From a virus (lineage: Duplodnaviria > Caudoviricetes): DNA of 38,132 nt. Both the position numbers and the translations under genes were made by a program. Location of the stretch: positions 1 to 38,132 of IMG/VR virus record IMGVR_UViG_3300033148_002311; one strand, given 5' to 3'. Shown here piece by piece: positions 26,423 to 35,293 of this stretch; within the stretch, counting starts at the first letter, position 1, and each line of letters begins with the position of its first letter. The notes below the pieces were generated by a model that was not told the DNA's origin, ran no database searches, and was given only the letters and a program-made list of their open reading frames with translations.

Positions 26423-27352
26423 CTATCCGACGTATAATCCATCACAGAACCAATTTGATTTTTGATTCTTTACCTCAAGGGTAAATTTACCTACAACTGC
26501 TCTGAAATCATAATCTCCACTACGAGATAAGTCAGTGTCAATGTAAGGTTTTCTCAAAAATGCCACTTTTAGTTTTTCAGGATTAATAGCAAGAACTCTA
26601 CCAGAGGAATCTGTACCTGATTGATAGATATATCTGTGCTTATGAATCGTTAAAGTACCAAAAGCAGTTTCATAGGTTGTAACGGTTTTGACAATTGCAG
26701 TTTGACCACGAGCGTTGTTAACTACAACGTTACTCTTTTGAGTAAAGCCATCCGTTTCTTTTCTGAGGTAAGACCCCATAAAGAGATCGGTAGCTACGTC
26801 GCCATTTGAGTTATCCCAATTGGTTTTCATTAAACCATCTAAGATACTTGCAGACCACGCAGTTCCCGATGTTTGGGTAGTGTGATTGTCACTAGTACTA
26901 GTAGCTTCAATAATACCACTCATTTTAGGGGTTGTTCCTGAAATTCCAGAAACAAGCGTGCTTCTAACAAGGTCAAATTCAGCTGAATTACCCCAATTCT
27001 TTAACTCTTTCTCTGTCTGTCTAGCTAATTCATCACTACCGTGGTAATGAGAAATGTCCTGTTGAGTTCTAGAGACTTTATAAGGTCTTGCTACAATTTC
27101 AACAAGGTTAGTTAGCCTAGATGGAGTAGTTAAAGTACCAGCGGAGTAATCACCAGCTTCTGCAACTGCAGACGAGGCTGCTGTGGCGAGAGAATCAGTT
27201 AAGTAAGAATGAACAGTGTTAATAGCTGAGGTTTTACCTAGCATATTAAATATCTGTGTTTCTTGTGCAGTTAAAATCTCAATTGCATTTAAAACAACAT
27301 CCTCCTTTGCTGAAACATCACCATATGTCCTTAAAATACTGTCACTAGCCAT
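26423..27352 (-). CDS. Major capsid protein (SU10/DUF5309-like)
   Basis: EDV...I...ET, HSYLTDSL, VSRTQQ, YETAFG...HRY, FLRKP, GKFTLEVKN; follows the scaffold. Confidence 0.85.
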   Translation of the reverse strand: MASDSILRTYGDVSAKEDVVLNAIEILTAQETQIFNMLGKTSAINTVHSYLTDSLATAASSAVAEAGDYSAGTLTTPSRLTNLVEIVARPYKVSRTQQDISHYHGSDELARQTEKELKNWGNSAEFDLVRSTLVSGISGTTPKMSGIIEATSTSDNHTTQTSGTAWSASILDGLMKTNWDNSNGDVATDLFMGSYLRKETDGFTQKSNVVVNNARGQTAIVKTVTTYETAFGTLTIHKHRYIYQSGTDSSGRVLAINPEKLKVAFLRKPYIDTDLSRSGDYDFRAVVGKFTLEVKNQKSNWFCDGLYVG

Positions 27353-27370
27353 TTCAATTTAGACAAAAGC

Positions 27371-28018
27371 TTATGATTTATCTCTTAAATGAAAAGCGTC
27401 TATAACAGATTGAACAGCTTTGCTGTTAGCCTCTGTTTGACGACCTTCGTATTGAGCCTTTCGAGCTTCAGAGATAAGGTCTTTCACTTCGCCTAGTTTT
27501 GATGAGCTTCTAAGAACCGACTTCTTTTTCTCAGCATCATCTTGAGCTTTAGCTTTCTCAAATATAGTCTTGAAAGATTTTGTTTCCACAATTTCTTTAT
27601 AAGACTTCTCCGAGTTAGCTTTTTTGAGTTGGTCTATTAAATCAGAATGCTCTTTATATTCTGGATTGTCATTATAAAATGACATTCTTTCTAAAACATC
27701 TTTAGTGACAAAATTGCTTTCTTCTTTTTTCTCAATTTTATCAGAAGTAGCTGTTTTAATCGCTGCTTCTTTAAAGACTGAAAGAGTTTCGTCTTCAGTA
27801 AGACCGTGCTCTTTTTGAAAAGCTTCCATTGCTGAAACTGCTTTTCCAGCTTTACCAACATAATTGTAAGTATCTTTGATTGATTTCAAAGCTGTTTCCT
27901 TGTCTGGAAACTTCTTACCAAGTGTTTCTTCAAGCTGTTTTAAACTCAAGTTTTCAGGCTCAGTTTTATCACCGCCCTTTTCGGGTAGGGGATCTTTATT
28001 GACGTCTTCTTTAGCCAT
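27371..28018 (-). CDS. Putative capsid scaffolding protein
   Basis: Charged helical 215 aa immediately upstream of the capsid gene; structured 5' UTR. Confidence 0.7.
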   Translation of the reverse strand: MAKEDVNKDPLPEKGGDKTEPENLSLKQLEETLGKKFPDKETALKSIKDTYNYVGKAGKAVSAMEAFQKEHGLTEDETLSVFKEAAIKTATSDKIEKKEESNFVTKDVLERMSFYNDNPEYKEHSDLIDQLKKANSEKSYKEIVETKSFKTIFEKAKAQDDAEKKKSVLRSSSKLGEVKDLISEARKAQYEGRQTEANSKAVQSVIDAFHLRDKS

Positions 28019-28109
28019 TGAAAATTCCTGTTAAGGTTTATGGGACCTCCTCGACCGTTTATTATTAGAGGTCAGTCAGTAGAGATAAAGTGTCTCCACT
28101 AATTGAACA

Positions 28110-28433
28110 CTAATCGAATCTTTTTATAATATCTTTTCCTTGTCTTAAATCTCTTAAAAAATTTATGTTCTGGTCTTTATGTTGAGAAGCTAATCCTCTA
28201 ACTTCCTCAAACCATTTCATAACAATATCTATTGCAGTTTTTTTTGCTATTATTTCTTTCTTAATATCATCTGCAGATTGTTTAGCATCTACGTTACTTG
28301 TAGAATCTGTATCTATTAATAATTTATTTAATCTCTCCATTGCTATTTTCCAACCTGTTGATTGAAACATATGAAATAATTCTTCTCCTTCTGTTAAAAT
28401 CTTTTTTGTTTCTTTTGATATTTCTTTAGCCAT
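28110..28433 (-). CDS. Small portal-adjacent protein
   Basis: 107 aa with QSTGWK; usual position after a P22-like portal. Confidence 0.65.
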   Translation of the reverse strand: MAKEISKETKKILTEGEELFHMFQSTGWKIAMERLNKLLIDTDSTSNVDAKQSADDIKKEIIAKKTAIDIVMKWFEEVRGLASQHKDQNINFLRDLRQGKDIIKRFD

Positions 28434-30324
28434 TTGTTTGAGGACTTCCAGCCCCTTGTATTAATTGTTGTAATGTTTTTCCTGTTTGTTGTGTTGGTTG
28501 TGTTGGTTGAGCTGTTTCAGGTGTAGGAACAGTTTTTGATTCTAATTCATACGAGTTAAGACCAAATATATCTAAAACTTTTCTAAGTATCATAGGTTTA
28601 TATTCAGGAGCTAACTGTAATATTGATATTAATTTATCTACTAAAACTGTCTTATCAACTTGTTCGTTGTCAACGTGGACTTCAATGTCAATATCTTCAA
28701 ATGGGATTTCTTGAACCAATTCTACATATCTTGAATTCCCCATATGTTTAAGTTTCTTAAGAGCTTTTTCTCTTGCCACTAACACTTGAGCTGTATCAAT
28801 TAATGTTCCCTCGTCTGTCTTTTTCTTGAGTTCTTTATTTATCATATAATTCACCACTCTTTCATCTAACTCTCTCATATTATCAGCGTCTCCGGTAATT
28901 CTTAGAACTTCATCTTTTGAAATCATCTTTTTAAAGTTTGGAATAACCTGACGTTTTAACCATCTTCTTAAGAAATGGCCAATGTTCTTTTTTGATTCTG
29001 ATAGTCTACTCATTGCTGACCTTGACTGAATAGCAGCTGCTGTTGCAGTTTGAGCAGGACTTACTGACTCTCCTGTCACGTTCTCATAAGTAGCAGTTAC
29101 TTTTTCTGCCCAATTCTGGATTGAGTTTTCGTCTTTATAAGCAGAAACCTTAACATCTTCCATAACAAATTGCTGAATATCATCCATCTCTTGAACTAAA
29201 ACTGCACCATTAACAGGAAGTCTACTTAATGTTTGTGGAGTAATTCCTCTTCCTCTTTTTATTTTAAAGAGTCCTAATTGTGCTACAAATGCACGATTAA
29301 TCCTAATATTAACTACAGTATTAAGCCAAGTCTGTAACATCATAACTTTTTCAGCTGGTCCTCTACCTAACCATCTACCTGCTATTTTTTCTGAATGGGC
29401 TTCTTCGTAAGGTCTATTTTTATCATTTTTCCATATTCCGTGGACTATAGGATTGTTTGTTTCTATTCCAGAAACCACTATTCTACCTTCTACTTCTTCA
29501 CCTGATTCTTTATCTTCTAATTTACCACTAAAGAACCACTTAGGAATTGCTCCCCAAGTTTCCCAAACATCTATTGATTTCGCTCCTTCCTTAACTGGAG
29601 TATTGTAATTTCCTGAACTTGTTGGGTTTAATCCTTTTACAGTTGTTACCTTTTCCCTATTATCCCAATCAGTCATTCCATTAATTTGTGATTTAGTTAA
29701 AACTGCTCTTTCTGTTACCCTATAAGCTTCTTGTAATGATTTAGACGTTGGATCAAAATATAGATTAAGAATATCAACATCTTTTTGTTCGACTACCCAT
29801 TTTCCTTTATCTTTATAAGATAATGTTTTCCAAACTGCAGAACCATCTATAGCTACATTAGTTCTAAGCTTATCTAATTCCTCTCCAATAAAATTCTTTT
29901 CCATCCAATTTTTAATATAAGCCCTGATGATTGGTAAAAATCCAATCGAGTTTCCTTTTTTGGCAAAGAATGTAATATCTTTTTCGTCGACTTCTGTATA
30001 AGCTTTACGAGAATCAACGACAGTTTCAGTTAAAGGAATCCAAACCTTTTCTCTATTAGTTGTAGCGTCTACAGGTGTTTTATAAACCCCCCAATAATTT
30101 CTCCTAAGATTCTCAATAAGATTTCTTATGTTGAAAGCAACTTTTGGAGTAATAAAAATAAGACTATCCATCCATTGCGTTCTTTCTCCTTTGACAAGTT
30201 CTATAGCTTCTCTTTCAACCATATCGTGAATAAGAGATTGTTTCTTATTCTTTTTATTTTCCAGTTCTGTTTCTTTAACAGCTATGACTTTATCTAATAA
30301 TGTATTTGATTTTTCCATTTTCAT
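28426..30324 (-). CDS. Portal protein (P22-like)
   Basis: 632 aa downstream of TerL; GSAVWK, YFDP, WLGRG, QTATAA motifs; Q/P-rich tail. Confidence 0.85.
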   Translation of the reverse strand: MKMEKSNTLLDKVIAVKETELENKKNKKQSLIHDMVEREAIELVKGERTQWMDSLIFITPKVAFNIRNLIENLRRNYWGVYKTPVDATTNREKVWIPLTETVVDSRKAYTEVDEKDITFFAKKGNSIGFLPIIRAYIKNWMEKNFIGEELDKLRTNVAIDGSAVWKTLSYKDKGKWVVEQKDVDILNLYFDPTSKSLQEAYRVTERAVLTKSQINGMTDWDNREKVTTVKGLNPTSSGNYNTPVKEGAKSIDVWETWGAIPKWFFSGKLEDKESGEEVEGRIVVSGIETNNPIVHGIWKNDKNRPYEEAHSEKIAGRWLGRGPAEKVMMLQTWLNTVVNIRINRAFVAQLGLFKIKRGRGITPQTLSRLPVNGAVLVQEMDDIQQFVMEDVKVSAYKDENSIQNWAEKVTATYENVTGESVSPAQTATAAAIQSRSAMSRLSESKKNIGHFLRRWLKRQVIPNFKKMISKDEVLRITGDADNMRELDERVVNYMINKELKKKTDEGTLIDTAQVLVAREKALKKLKHMGNSRYVELVQEIPFEDIDIEVHVDNEQVDKTVLVDKLISILQLAPEYKPMILRKVLDIFGLNSYELESKTVPTPETAQPTQPTQQTGKTLQQLIQGAGSPQTNG

Positions 30325-30358
30325 AAAAAAGACTCATGTTAATAATTAACAATGAGTC
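30325..30358 (-). terminator. Intrinsic terminator/attenuator directly before the portal ATG
   Basis: GACTCATTGTTAAT-T-ATTAACATGAGTC then TTTTTT then ATG. Confidence 0.7.
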
Positions 30359-30412
30359 GCTCGGTATTTCCGATTACGATTCCGATTCAGGGTTCTCCCC
30401 TGCGATTATTAT

Positions 30413-30441
30413 ATTATACTCCCTTATTTAATTTAAATCAA
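30413..30441 (-). promoter_or_regulatory. sigma70-type promoter for the head operon
   Basis: TTGATT-N17-TATAAT. Confidence 0.7.
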
Positions 30442-30598
30442 GTCTTTTCTTATTTTTTCTTTCAATCCTGATTAAAGTTTTCATATTTAAAATAAAACTA
30501 TGAGGACAATTATCATTTTTCTTAGTGATAATAACTTGTTCGTTAGGTCTCATTGTTCTTAATATCTCAAGTATTTTTTTCTCGTCTTCTTGTATCAT
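30428..30598 (-). CDS. Small protein, 56 aa, DUF2292/YezD-like (not in ORF track)
   Basis: Hand-translated MIQEDEKKILEILRTMRPNEQVIITKKNDNCPHSFILNMKTLIRIERKNKKRLDLN; ATGA-coupled to TerL; family call from memory only. Confidence 0.55.
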   Translation of the reverse strand: MIQEDEKKILEILRTMRPNEQVIITKKNDNCPHSFILNMKTLIRIERKNKKRLDLN

Positions 30599-32046
30599 TT
30601 AAATGATTGGTCATATAAATTAAATTCATTTTCTTTCTTACTTTGAGGATAAGGTTTTTCTGCTATTTGAGTTTGATAGGCAGTAGCATCTATGACGTCA
30701 TCGTGTTCTCCACTTGGAAATACAATTGCTTCATTTTCTAAATCTTCACACTCTCCTTTGATATGATAAATTGTTCCAGCTTTATAACGAGGGAGTAATC
30801 CTCTTATTCTAAGCTCTTTACGGGTTTGCTGGTGCTTTAATTCTACAACCTCGAAGTAAATGTTCCTTTTTCTCATTTCCTCGTCTAAGAAAGGCTTTAA
30901 GACGTCTTGATAAGTTCCTTGTTCTATACCTATCTTCTCAAATTTTGTAGTTTTTTTCAAATGAAAGAATAAATCTATTAATGAGCTTGGATTTTCTTTA
31001 ACGTGATATGCTTTTAAATTCCAATTATTATTTTCATCAACATAGTTTTCACAAACTCCAATGTAATCAGATTCTACAGTCTTCGCAGGTGCAGGGTCTA
31101 TTGTAATAAAACATCGTGTATTTTTTCTTTCAACTTCTTCCCATTCAATATGTTTAAAATCTTCTTCTTTGAATATCTGACTTTCTGCAGATGTTGGGGT
31201 TTGCTGATAAAGAGATGACCAGTTATATGGACCAAGAGTTTTACGTCTTTCTTTTAACCATTCTAAAGGAAATCTATCTGGCCATAAAGCTTCTCCTTGT
31301 TTTCTAAATTCTTCATCTTTTGTTGCAATAGCAGGAAAATTAATAACTTCCCATTGTTCAGGTTGTTTTTTTAAAAGCCTACCAGCTAAATCATCTTGAT
31401 GCCATCTTGTAAGTATTAAAATAATTGCTCCGGCTCCATCTTGTCTTGTATAAAATGTTGAACGATACCAATTCCAAACTGAATCTCTAACAGTTTTACT
31501 TTCTGCTTCCTTTCGGTTTTTAATTGGATCGTCAATTATTCCAATTTTAAATCCTTTTCCTGTAATAGAACCACCAACACCAACAGCAGTATAACCTCCT
31601 CCATCTTTTGTTAACCATTTACTTTTAGCTTCTACATCAGCTCTTATTCTTGTTTCAAATATTTGCTTGTAAACAGGAGAGTTCATTAAATCCTTAGTTT
31701 CTCTTCCAAAGTCAGAAGCTAAGTCTGAAGAATAAGATGAAATAATAATAGGTAAATTTGGATATCTTCCTAATATCCAAGAGGGATAATTTATTGAAGC
31801 AAGTTTTGATTTTCCGTGTCGTGGAGGAAGAAATAACATTATCTTTCTTGACTCTCCTCTTACTACAGACTCTAATACCTCTTCTAATTTCTTTGCTACT
31901 AACCTCAAATGCCAAGCTATCTTATAATCTTTATCTGCAATTAAAGAATATTTAATCAGGCTTTTTTTCGCCCTGTCCTTCGTCAATAGGTTTCTTAAAA
32001 CCAATTTCTCTTGCTTCTTCTTCAATAAGTCGTTTGTATTGTTCAT
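30595..32046 (-). CDS. terL: Terminase large subunit
   Basis: Walker A PPRHGKS, Walker B IGIIDDP, TRWH coupling motif, TIDPA and HDDVIDA nuclease motifs. Confidence 0.95.
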   Translation of the reverse strand: MNNTNDLLKKKQEKLVLRNLLTKDRAKKSLIKYSLIADKDYKIAWHLRLVAKKLEEVLESVVRGESRKIMLFLPPRHGKSKLASINYPSWILGRYPNLPIIISSYSSDLASDFGRETKDLMNSPVYKQIFETRIRADVEAKSKWLTKDGGGYTAVGVGGSITGKGFKIGIIDDPIKNRKEAESKTVRDSVWNWYRSTFYTRQDGAGAIILILTRWHQDDLAGRLLKKQPEQWEVINFPAIATKDEEFRKQGEALWPDRFPLEWLKERRKTLGPYNWSSLYQQTPTSAESQIFKEEDFKHIEWEEVERKNTRCFITIDPAPAKTVESDYIGVCENYVDENNNWNLKAYHVKENPSSLIDLFFHLKKTTKFEKIGIEQGTYQDVLKPFLDEEMRKRNIYFEVVELKHQQTRKELRIRGLLPRYKAGTIYHIKGECEDLENEAIVFPSGEHDDVIDATAYQTQIAEKPYPQSKKENEFNLYDQSFK

Positions 32047-32386
32047 CTGTAATTAATTTTTCATTTAATTTGTCTCCTTTAGTTGTTAAATCTAGTTTTT
32101 GTTGAGGTTTACCATAATTTCTATCAAAGATATCTCGCCAGAATTGGTAGTTACCTCCTCTTGCTTCTGATATACCCTTAATAATCAAATCTATCTCTAT
32201 TGACTTAGGGTCTATGTCTTGAGTTTTTGCTATCTTCTTTATTGCTTCATTAAAGATAGTGTTAAAATTTTTAGTTCCAACAGGACGACCAGCTGGATTA
32301 CCAGATTGTCCAGGCTTAAATAGATATTCTTTAGGAGCTCCCCGACCTCTTTTCTGTTTTTTTTCAGTTTTTTCAGTCTCAGCCAT
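31952..32386 (-). CDS. terS: Terminase small subunit (DUF5681-type N-terminus)
   Basis: FKPGQSGNPAGRP, DRNYGKPQQKLDLTTKG; directly upstream of TerL. Confidence 0.8.
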   Translation of the reverse strand: MAETEKTEKKQKRGRGAPKEYLFKPGQSGNPAGRPVGTKNFNTIFNEAIKKIAKTQDIDPKSIEIDLIIKGISEARGGNYQFWRDIFDRNYGKPQQKLDLTTKGDKLNEKLITDEQYKRLIEEEAREIGFKKPIDEGQGEKKPD

Positions 32387-32626
32387 TTATTTTTTTATTT
32401 TCTTTGTTTTAGGTAATTCTTTTTTATTATCTGTTTTTTTAACTTCACTCATCTTCTCTGCAATTATTGCTCTTAATTCTTGAGCTTCAGTATTAATATC
32501 TTTATTGTCGTTTATAAATCTTAAAGAAGTATTAAGAATATCACTTATAAAATCGTTTTGTTTTTTTCTTAATTTATCAGCTATTTTTTTTTGCTTGTCT
32601 TCGTAATATTGTTTATCAAATGCCAT
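32387..32626 (-). CDS. Hypothetical coiled-coil protein
   Basis: 79 aa; first gene after the promoter at 32657-32685. Confidence 0.65.
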   Translation of the reverse strand: MAFDKQYYEDKQKKIADKLRKKQNDFISDILNTSLRFINDNKDINTEAQELRAIIAEKMSEVKKTDNKKELPKTKKIKK

Positions 32627-32656
32627 ATTTTTTTATTTTATTTTTTAACTTTTTAT

Positions 32657-32685
32657 ATTATAACACTAATTTTAATAATACTCAA
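32657..32685 (-). promoter_or_regulatory. sigma70-type promoter for the packaging operon
   Basis: TTGAGT-N17-TATAAT with TG extension. Confidence 0.65.
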
Positions 32686-32689
32686 CTTT

Positions 32690-32783
32690 CAGCCAGGACG
32701 CCCGTATTCTCGTTTAGTTTACAAGAACTGTGTTCTTGATTAACTTTTAGAGTAGGCACGATTTCTCTTTTACGCCCTCGCTA
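32690..32783 (-). ncRNA. Candidate multi-stem structured RNA at the end of the early operon
   Basis: Closing stem AGC-G-AGGGCG/CGTCCT-G-GCT enclosing AGAG/CTCT and CAAGAAC/GTTCTTG hairpins. Confidence 0.4.
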
Positions 32784-32785
32784 AA

Positions 32786-32956
32786 TTATTTTTCTGATTT
32801 AAAATTATTTAATTCAGTAGAGTACCTTCTTCTCTCAAATTCTTTTAAGTAACTTTTATAACTTTCCCCTTTGACTTGATATAATGGCTTCATTCCTAAT
32901 CTTTTTCTTGCTTCATTTATGGAGTTTATTTCTCTTTCTCTATTAGTTTCTTTCAT
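32786..32956 (-). CDS. Small hypothetical protein, 56 aa
   Basis: Hand-translated MKETNREREINSINEARKRLGMKPLYQ...; ATGA-coupled to the resolvase. Confidence 0.55.
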   Translation of the reverse strand: MKETNREREINSINEARKRLGMKPLYQVKGESYKSYLKEFERRRYSTELNNFKSEK

Positions 32957-33396
32957 TTTAATTTTCTATCTAATTTATTAAGCCAAGTTTTTAGGTTTGT
33001 AAGAATATATCTCATATCTCTATCTGGTTCTTTCATTTTTGGTTCGTTAGATCTTTTAGCTAAATCTAATAATTGATAAAAATCTATAACTGCATAAATA
33101 GTTGGATTTATGTTAGGAGTTCTTGTATCCTTAAACATTAAACACCACTTATCTCTATTATGAAATCCTATTTCTGCTTGGCGTTTAGCTTGGTCTATCC
33201 ATTCATTAATCTTAACTGTTTTTTGGTTTTTAGCTTCTATGAGAAAAGGGAAATTAGGAGCAAAAACATCTGCCTTGTATAATCCACTCCCAGAACCAAT
33301 TTCTCTTCTTGCTGGTCCAAGCCCACAAGCTATTAATTCTTTAGCAATATAAGTTTCAAAATCTTTTCCTTTTTGTATTTTAGTTTTAGGTTTCAT
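32953..33396 (-). CDS. Holliday-junction-resolvase-like PD-(D/E)XK nuclease
   Basis: KGKDFE...GSG..KADV...IEAKNQK. Confidence 0.8.
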   Translation of the reverse strand: MKPKTKIQKGKDFETYIAKELIACGLGPARREIGSGSGLYKADVFAPNFPFLIEAKNQKTVKINEWIDQAKRQAEIGFHNRDKWCLMFKDTRTPNINPTIYAVIDFYQLLDLAKRSNEPKMKEPDRDMRYILTNLKTWLNKLDRKLK

Positions 33397-33813
33397 TTAA
33401 TAGTTTTCGTTATCGTAACTCGGAAATGGAACATAAACACCTGTTCTCTCTCCAACCACTCTATTGATAATGTCGTAAATCATATCTATTTCTTTTATCT
33501 TGTCTAACTTGGTTGTGCTTTCTTTTCCTGTATAAGTTTTCTGAACTGGTCGCCATAGAAGTTCTTTTACCATTAAAGAGTTCCAAGGAACATCTATTTT
33601 AATTACTTTTTTCATATCAAACCCTGCGTCATTTAGAGCTTCTGCTAATTGAGTAAAGTAGCGATGTAAGGAACGATTTTGAGCTTCTGTTCTTGTACTA
33701 ACATATTTCTTAATCTCTACCGTGAAGTTTCCGTCTTTTTGTTCTTTACAAAATTCATTAAAACCTTTAGGGAAAATCGGCCTACCTCCTACGATTTGAA
33801 TTTTAAATCTCAT
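33397..33813 (-). CDS. NinB/Orf-like recombination accessory protein
   Basis: RTEAQNRSLH...LA, STTKL motifs. Confidence 0.6.
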   Translation of the reverse strand: MRFKIQIVGGRPIFPKGFNEFCKEQKDGNFTVEIKKYVSTRTEAQNRSLHRYFTQLAEALNDAGFDMKKVIKIDVPWNSLMVKELLWRPVQKTYTGKESTTKLDKIKEIDMIYDIINRVVGERTGVYVPFPSYDNENY

Positions 33814-33814
33814 A

Positions 33815-34129
33815 TTAGAAAGGAATATCCTTTATGTTAATCTCATCTTGTTTCTGTTCAATCTTTGCAGAAGGTTCATCTTGCTGAATTGTAGGAACTT
33901 CTGCTCTCTGATGTATTGGTTCTTTATCTTCTCTTGGTTTTATATCATAAACAGAAAAGTTTGCTTTTGGATAAAAGATTTCTCCGAATTGATATTGTCT
34001 TCCATCGTCTGCTTCCATTGTTATAAGCGATCCAATTCTTTGATATTTCTTTTTATCAGAACCATCGTTTGCTTTATAGGTTTCTGTAACAATGACAAGG
34101 TTTTGTTTTTTTATAAATTTTGCTGCCAT
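33815..34129 (-). CDS. Putative single-stranded DNA-binding protein
   Basis: Small beta-rich domain, disordered tail ending DIPF. Confidence 0.65.
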   Translation of the reverse strand: MAAKFIKKQNLVIVTETYKANDGSDKKKYQRIGSLITMEADDGRQYQFGEIFYPKANFSVYDIKPREDKEPIHQRAEVPTIQQDEPSAKIEQKQDEINIKDIPF

Positions 34130-34134
34130 AATTA

Positions 34135-34494
34135 TTATTTGTTTAGGTTTTTAAATCTATTTACTTTTTCTGCTTTTTTAACACCTACAATCTTATATTT
34201 TAAGTGAACTGTTTCCCAAGGCAATGGGTCTGGCTTACCTGTATCTTTAAGATAAATATATAAATTGTTTAATTTTTTTAAGCTTTTTCTAATCACATTA
34301 AATCCAAAATAATCAAGACCATCAAGAGAACCAATACCAATCATCGATAATTTCCCATTTTCAAACATAATACTATTGCCTAAAATTACACCATTTTCAA
34401 GAACATCTATCTCTGTAAAGTCTTGCCCCTTATCCTCTAAAACAATAGTGGCAATAACTTTTTGATTTTTTCTATAATCTTTTATTTTCTTCAT
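34135..34494 (-). CDS. Hypothetical protein
   Basis: 119 aa with LEDKGQDF motif. Confidence 0.7.
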   Translation of the reverse strand: MKKIKDYRKNQKVIATIVLEDKGQDFTEIDVLENGVILGNSIMFENGKLSMIGIGSLDGLDYFGFNVIRKSLKKLNNLYIYLKDTGKPDPLPWETVHLKYKIVGVKKAEKVNRFKNLNK

Positions 34495-34516
34495 TGTTTT
34501 ATTATTAGTTTAATTT

Positions 34517-34780
34517 TTAAAATGGTAATTCTTTTTTAGTATCAACCCACCCATCTGGCTTGATTTCTATAATACTACACTCTTTATCACAATTCTTACA
34601 AAATCGAATCATAGGTACAATATCTTCTCCGTCATATCCACCACCACTAACATCAGTTTCTGAATAACAACATTTACTTACTCTTATTGGTTCTTTCAAT
34701 TCTTCTGCTTCTTTTTTAATTCTTTTTTTAAGACTTTCTGTTAAGAAGAAGACTTTTTCTTGCAATTGTTGTTTGTTCAT
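34517..34780 (-). CDS. Small Zn-ribbon protein (start moved to ATG 34780)
   Basis: SKCC...FCKNCDKEC. Confidence 0.65.
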   Translation of the reverse strand: MNKQQLQEKVFFLTESLKKRIKKEAEELKEPIRVSKCCYSETDVSGGGYDGEDIVPMIRFCKNCDKECSIIEIKPDGWVDTKKELPF

Positions 34781-34787
34781 TGTCTTA

Positions 34788-34970
34788 TTATTGGTTAATT
34801 TTTTTAAAACGATTTTCCTTAATAAGTTCGCTAATTTGATAATCTTTGACTTCGTGCGTTGGAAATCCAATAGATAAATCTTTTGCGAATTGATATATAA
34901 TCTCTCCGTTCAAAAATCTTAAAGTATTGAAATAAAATAATTTTTCTCCATCAAGTTGTATCTCTTTCAT
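34788..34970 (-). CDS. Hypothetical protein
   Basis: 60-aa ORF; upstream motif shared with neighbours. Confidence 0.55.
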   Translation of the reverse strand: MKEIQLDGEKLFYFNTLRFLNGEIIYQFAKDLSIGFPTHEVKDYQISELIKENRFKKINQ

Positions 34971-34978
34971 AGTCTTTA

Positions 34979-35206
34979 TTATTGGTTATTAATTAGACTT
35001 TTAAAAAATTGAACTATCTGTAAAACCTCTTTATCTTCTTCACTTAAACCATCAACAAACTCTTTTGTTAAAATAGTATTTCCTGTTTCTTTTTTCAGTT
35101 TTTTTATAATCTCTTTATTTCTTGGGACTATTTCTTTTTTAAACAAATCACCAAAAGTCATACCTTCCCAATTTTTGTTTTTTAAATTTTCGAGTTGTAT
35201 CTCCAT
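34979..35206 (-). CDS. Hypothetical protein
   Basis: 75-aa ORF. Confidence 0.6.
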   Translation of the reverse strand: MEIQLENLKNKNWEGMTFGDLFKKEIVPRNKEIIKKLKKETGNTILTKEFVDGLSEEDKEVLQIVQFFKSLINNQ

Positions 35207-35293
35207 ATTTTAATTAATGTTTATTTTTTAGATAATTCCTTAACTCTTCGCTTTAGAGTTAGTGCTGATAAAAATGCTTTATCGTCTTATTGA

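Noticed and set aside
26414-26425. Amber read-through of the capsid gene stimulated by the downstream pseudoknot
   Set aside because: The frame reads TAG ACG TAA, so read-through would add almost nothing; no slippery sequence is visible.
31712-31915. Alternative minus-frame ORFs inside TerL (and 5045-5287 inside the initiator)
   Set aside because: Fully nested in conserved genes, with no motifs or initiation signals.
35240-35284. Two small hairpins after the exonuclease gene
   Set aside because: Weak AT-rich stems without a U-tract; not enough to call a terminator or ncRNA.
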